Source: an uncultured Bacilli bacterium
GTDB lineage: Bacteria > Bacillota_I > Bacilli_A > RF39 > UBA660
NCBI GenBank assembly: GCA_947628325.1
Contig: CANQZL010000002.1
Location: 1-39,216, forward strand
DNA length: 39,216 bases
Direction of reading: 5' to 3'
In this document: positions 37,881 through 39,216 of the stretch, one piece after another
Layout of the letters: each line of letters starts with the position of its first letter
Position numbering within the stretch: position 1 is the stretch's first letter
Made by a program: the position numbers and the translations under genes
Notes under the pieces: generated by a model
Seen by the model: the letters and a program-made list of their open reading frames with translations, nothing else
What the model was told of the DNA's origin: nothing
Databases searched by the model: none

Positions 37881-37957
37881 TGGCGTCCCCAGGCAGAGTC
37901 GAACTGCCGACCTACCGCTTAGGAGGCGGTTGCTCTATCCTACTGAGCTACGAGGAC
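37881..37957 (-). tRNA. tRNA-Arg (anticodon CCU), CCA encoded
   Basis: The minus strand reads GTCCTCGTAGCTCAGTAGGATAGAGCAACCGCCTCCTAAGCGGTAGGTCGGCAGTTCGACTCTGCCTGGGGACGCCA. It has a 7-bp acceptor stem, D-arm AGCTCAGTAGGATAGAGC, anticodon stem ACCGC/GCGGT with loop CTCCTAA, T-arm GGCAG-TTCGACT-CTGCC, and is 77 nt long. Confidence 0.93.
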
Positions 37958-37975
37958 ATAACTAATAACTTCTTA

Positions 37976-38004
37976 ATTATATCACACTTTATTTAAATTT
38001 TAAA
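37976..38004 (-). promoter_or_regulatory. candidate extended -10 promoter for tRNA-Arg
   Basis: On the minus strand, TGATATAAT (TG at 37984-37983, TATAAT at 37981-37976) with a weak -35 TTTAAA 17 nt upstream. The -10 ends 18 nt before the mature tRNA 5' end. Confidence 0.35.
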
Positions 38005-38023
38005 AATTTAAAAAGCAAACCTC

Positions 38024-38137
38024 CTACTGGGATTTGCTATCTTCATCTACTATACTTGCTAATTTACAAGCACATATTACAAAAAGAAGAATAAATAATA
38101 TAATAATAACTAACAGAGAAACAACGATTGTTTTCAT
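38024..38137 (-). CDS. possible 37-aa hydrophobic small protein (below ORF-track cutoff)
   Basis: ATG at 38137 has a GGGAG SD about 7 nt upstream. It encodes MKTIVVSLLVIIILFILLFVICACKLASIVDEDSKSQ (one TM helix plus an acidic tail) with TAG at 38024-38026. It lies 30 nt downstream of the vanZ-like stop. No homology support. Confidence 0.3.
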   Translation of the reverse strand: MKTIVVSLLVIIILFILLFVICACKLASIVDEDSKSQ

Positions 38138-38167
38138 AGAAATCTCCCTATTAATATAATTTTATAC

Positions 38168-38635
38168 TCAATTAATAATATGTTTCTTTTTCTTTTTATA
38201 GAACACAAATAAAATAACGGAAGATAAAAAACTACTAAATGTGTCTATTAATACATCTATAATACTAGCTAATCTATCACTTACAAACATTTGGTGAATT
38301 TCGTCTGTTCCAGCATATATTAAACAAAACAGCACTGTATAAATTATAGTTTTAGGTGTTATAAAGAAAAACTCCTTTAGAAAATTAAAAACAAGAATTC
38401 CTAAAATAAAATAGACAAAAAAATGAGCAAACTTTCTTATGTAAATAGAATAATTGTCTATAACATTTTCCTTTTCCACTAAAGATAATTTTTCGCCATT
38501 AATAAACTCAGCAATTTTAATTAATATTCCATTACTTAAAGATGAAGAATCTTCACCTTTTTGTGCTGAAAAAGAGAATATTATAAAAAGCCATAAAATT
38601 ACTAATATTAATTTAATAATTATTCTTATTTTCAT
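38168..38635 (-). CDS. VanZ family membrane protein
   Basis: 155 aa with 4-5 TM helices and the signatures RKFAHFFVYFILG and DEIHQMFVSDRLASIIDVLID. Confidence 0.85.
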   Translation of the reverse strand: MKIRIIIKLILVILWLFIIFSFSAQKGEDSSSLSNGILIKIAEFINGEKLSLVEKENVIDNYSIYIRKFAHFFVYFILGILVFNFLKEFFFITPKTIIYTVLFCLIYAGTDEIHQMFVSDRLASIIDVLIDTFSSFLSSVILFVFYKKKKKHIIN

Positions 38636-38812
38636 AAATAATACCTCATTTAGAATCTACTAATTAATACTAGCAATTTTTATAAAATAAATCAAGTGTT
38701 TAGATAATACATTAATTTTATTACTATATTATTTATCCTCATTTCTTTTTTCATAAAAAACACTCCCTTCACTTATATTATTTAAGATATTTGGTGTATT
38801 TCCTTTTCATAA

Positions 38813-39013
38813 TTATATTTTATTTTCACTTGTTGATAAAATTTTCAAATAGTTGCCTTCGTTTCTTTTATCAATTGTAAATTCAATTTCTTGATTTTCT
38901 TTGATATGACAATCATCATTTTTGTCAATATGAGCAAATAAATTTTCTTTGTCATTCAATTCAATAAATCCACAATTACTTTTATAATTCCACCATTTTA
39001 CTCTACCTTTCAT
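38813..39013 (-). CDS. cold-shock-domain (CSD) protein, divergent
   Basis: 66 aa. GRVKWWNYKSNCGFIE aligns to G.VKWFN..KGFGFI (RNP1) and LFAHI to VFVHF (RNP2). AAGGGTAGAG SD. Confidence 0.75.
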   Translation of the reverse strand: MKGRVKWWNYKSNCGFIELNDKENLFAHIDKNDDCHIKENQEIEFTIDKRNEGNYLKILSTSENKI

Positions 39014-39038
39014 AATCTCTACCCTTTCTTATGTAATT

Positions 39039-39067
39039 ATAATATCATACATTTGTTTGCTTATCAA
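39039..39067 (-). promoter_or_regulatory. candidate promoter of the CSD gene
   Basis: On the minus strand, TTGATA (39067-39062), a 17-nt spacer, then TGaTATTAT (extended -10, hexamer at 39044-39039). Confidence 0.4.
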
Positions 39068-39216
39068 CATATTTTTTATAATTTACACTCTAAAAATAGT
39101 ATATGAAAAATAAAAAAAATTATACCTCCATTAGGCGTTTGGTTAAATTTTAAGGTAAAGTTCCTTTAGATAAAAAATATTATTTCTTTATTTGAAGTTC
39201 CCTTAAAATCATTATA

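Noticed and set aside
37881-37957. tRNA-Arg as the attachment site of an integrated element (looked for a duplicated 3' tRNA segment)
   Set aside because: No second copy of the GC-rich tRNA 3' half was seen elsewhere in the window, and no integrase is adjacent. The weak resemblance at 39126-39145 is too short and degenerate.
9495-38663. Other short plus-strand ORFs antisense to long minus-strand genes (9495-9695, 13468-13680, 15677-16177 group, 20158-20412, 21315-21587, 23754-24059, 26238-26423, 29560-29802, 32791-33173 group, 36466-36702, 38454-38663)
   Set aside because: Each is fully contained in a well-supported minus-strand CDS. Their composition (poly-Ser/Leu/Ile/Phe) mirrors the antisense of AT-rich coding sequence, and none has an independent signal.
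1-39216. Possibility of Mollicutes-type genetic code 4 (TGA = Trp), given the extreme AT-richness and RpoB features
   Set aside because: TGA functions as the stop in several ATGA overlaps (rpoB, moxR, both VWA genes). All long conserved proteins are intact under code 11, and the Trp codons I checked are TGG.
1-39216. Search for CRISPR arrays, IS elements, integrases, prophage genes or rRNA
   Set aside because: I noticed no regularly spaced direct repeats and no transposase, integrase or recombinase motifs in any ORF. No rRNA-like GC-rich stretch is present. The only RNA gene found is tRNA-Arg.
39150-39216. Repeated aagttcc(c)ttta motif and ttaagg/ccttaa inverted hexamers at the right edge
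   Set aside because: There are only two short, imperfect copies at the window boundary. This is insufficient context to call a repeat or binding site.

Overview
Very AT-rich (roughly 25-30% GC by eye) chromosomal segment of a low-GC Bacillota-type bacterium. It uses the standard genetic code: Trp is TGG, and TGA acts as the stop in several ATGA gene overlaps. All but two CDSs lie on the minus strand. In transcription order (right to left) the window holds: a divergent cold-shock-domain protein, VanZ, a possible 37-aa hydrophobic ORF and a stand-alone tRNA-Arg(CCU). Next comes a six-gene operon with every junction overlapping: MoxR AAA+, DUF58, a small TM protein, two VWA proteins and a TPR protein (Bat-like). 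Then a MacB-type ABC ATPase with a 1005-aa double-FtsX permease carrying a ~230-aa coiled-coil insert, a CDF transporter, an acyltransferase / acyl-AMP ligase / acyltransferase trio, and a His-rich COG0523 GTPase. Then a self-contained WXG100-like gene pair, gpmI, a PNPOx-like protein, a hemolysin-III / GT2-GtrA / YcxB-like operon, and two adjacent zinc-ribbon membrane proteins, one of which is a clostripain-like C11 peptidase. The rest is an ATP-grasp gene (+ strand), a MurJ/SpoVB-type flippase, an M29 aminopeptidase, a membrane glucosaminidase-like protein, a YbxB-type methyltransferase, rpoB-rpoC, a class-I Fic toxin with a VbhA-like antitoxin, and an edge-truncated unknown ORF (+). I saw no CRISPR array, rRNA, transposase or integrase. 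The items most worth a second look are the Bat-like MoxR/VWA operon, the zinc-ribbon/C11 protease pair, the split Aas-like lipid module, the coiled-coil FtsX permease, the orphan WXG100 pair, the RpoB rifampicin-pocket residues (K and D at E. coli positions 513 and 526), and the Fic antitoxin with a degenerate inhibitory motif. All family calls rest on motifs read by eye and recalled homologues. No database search was run.
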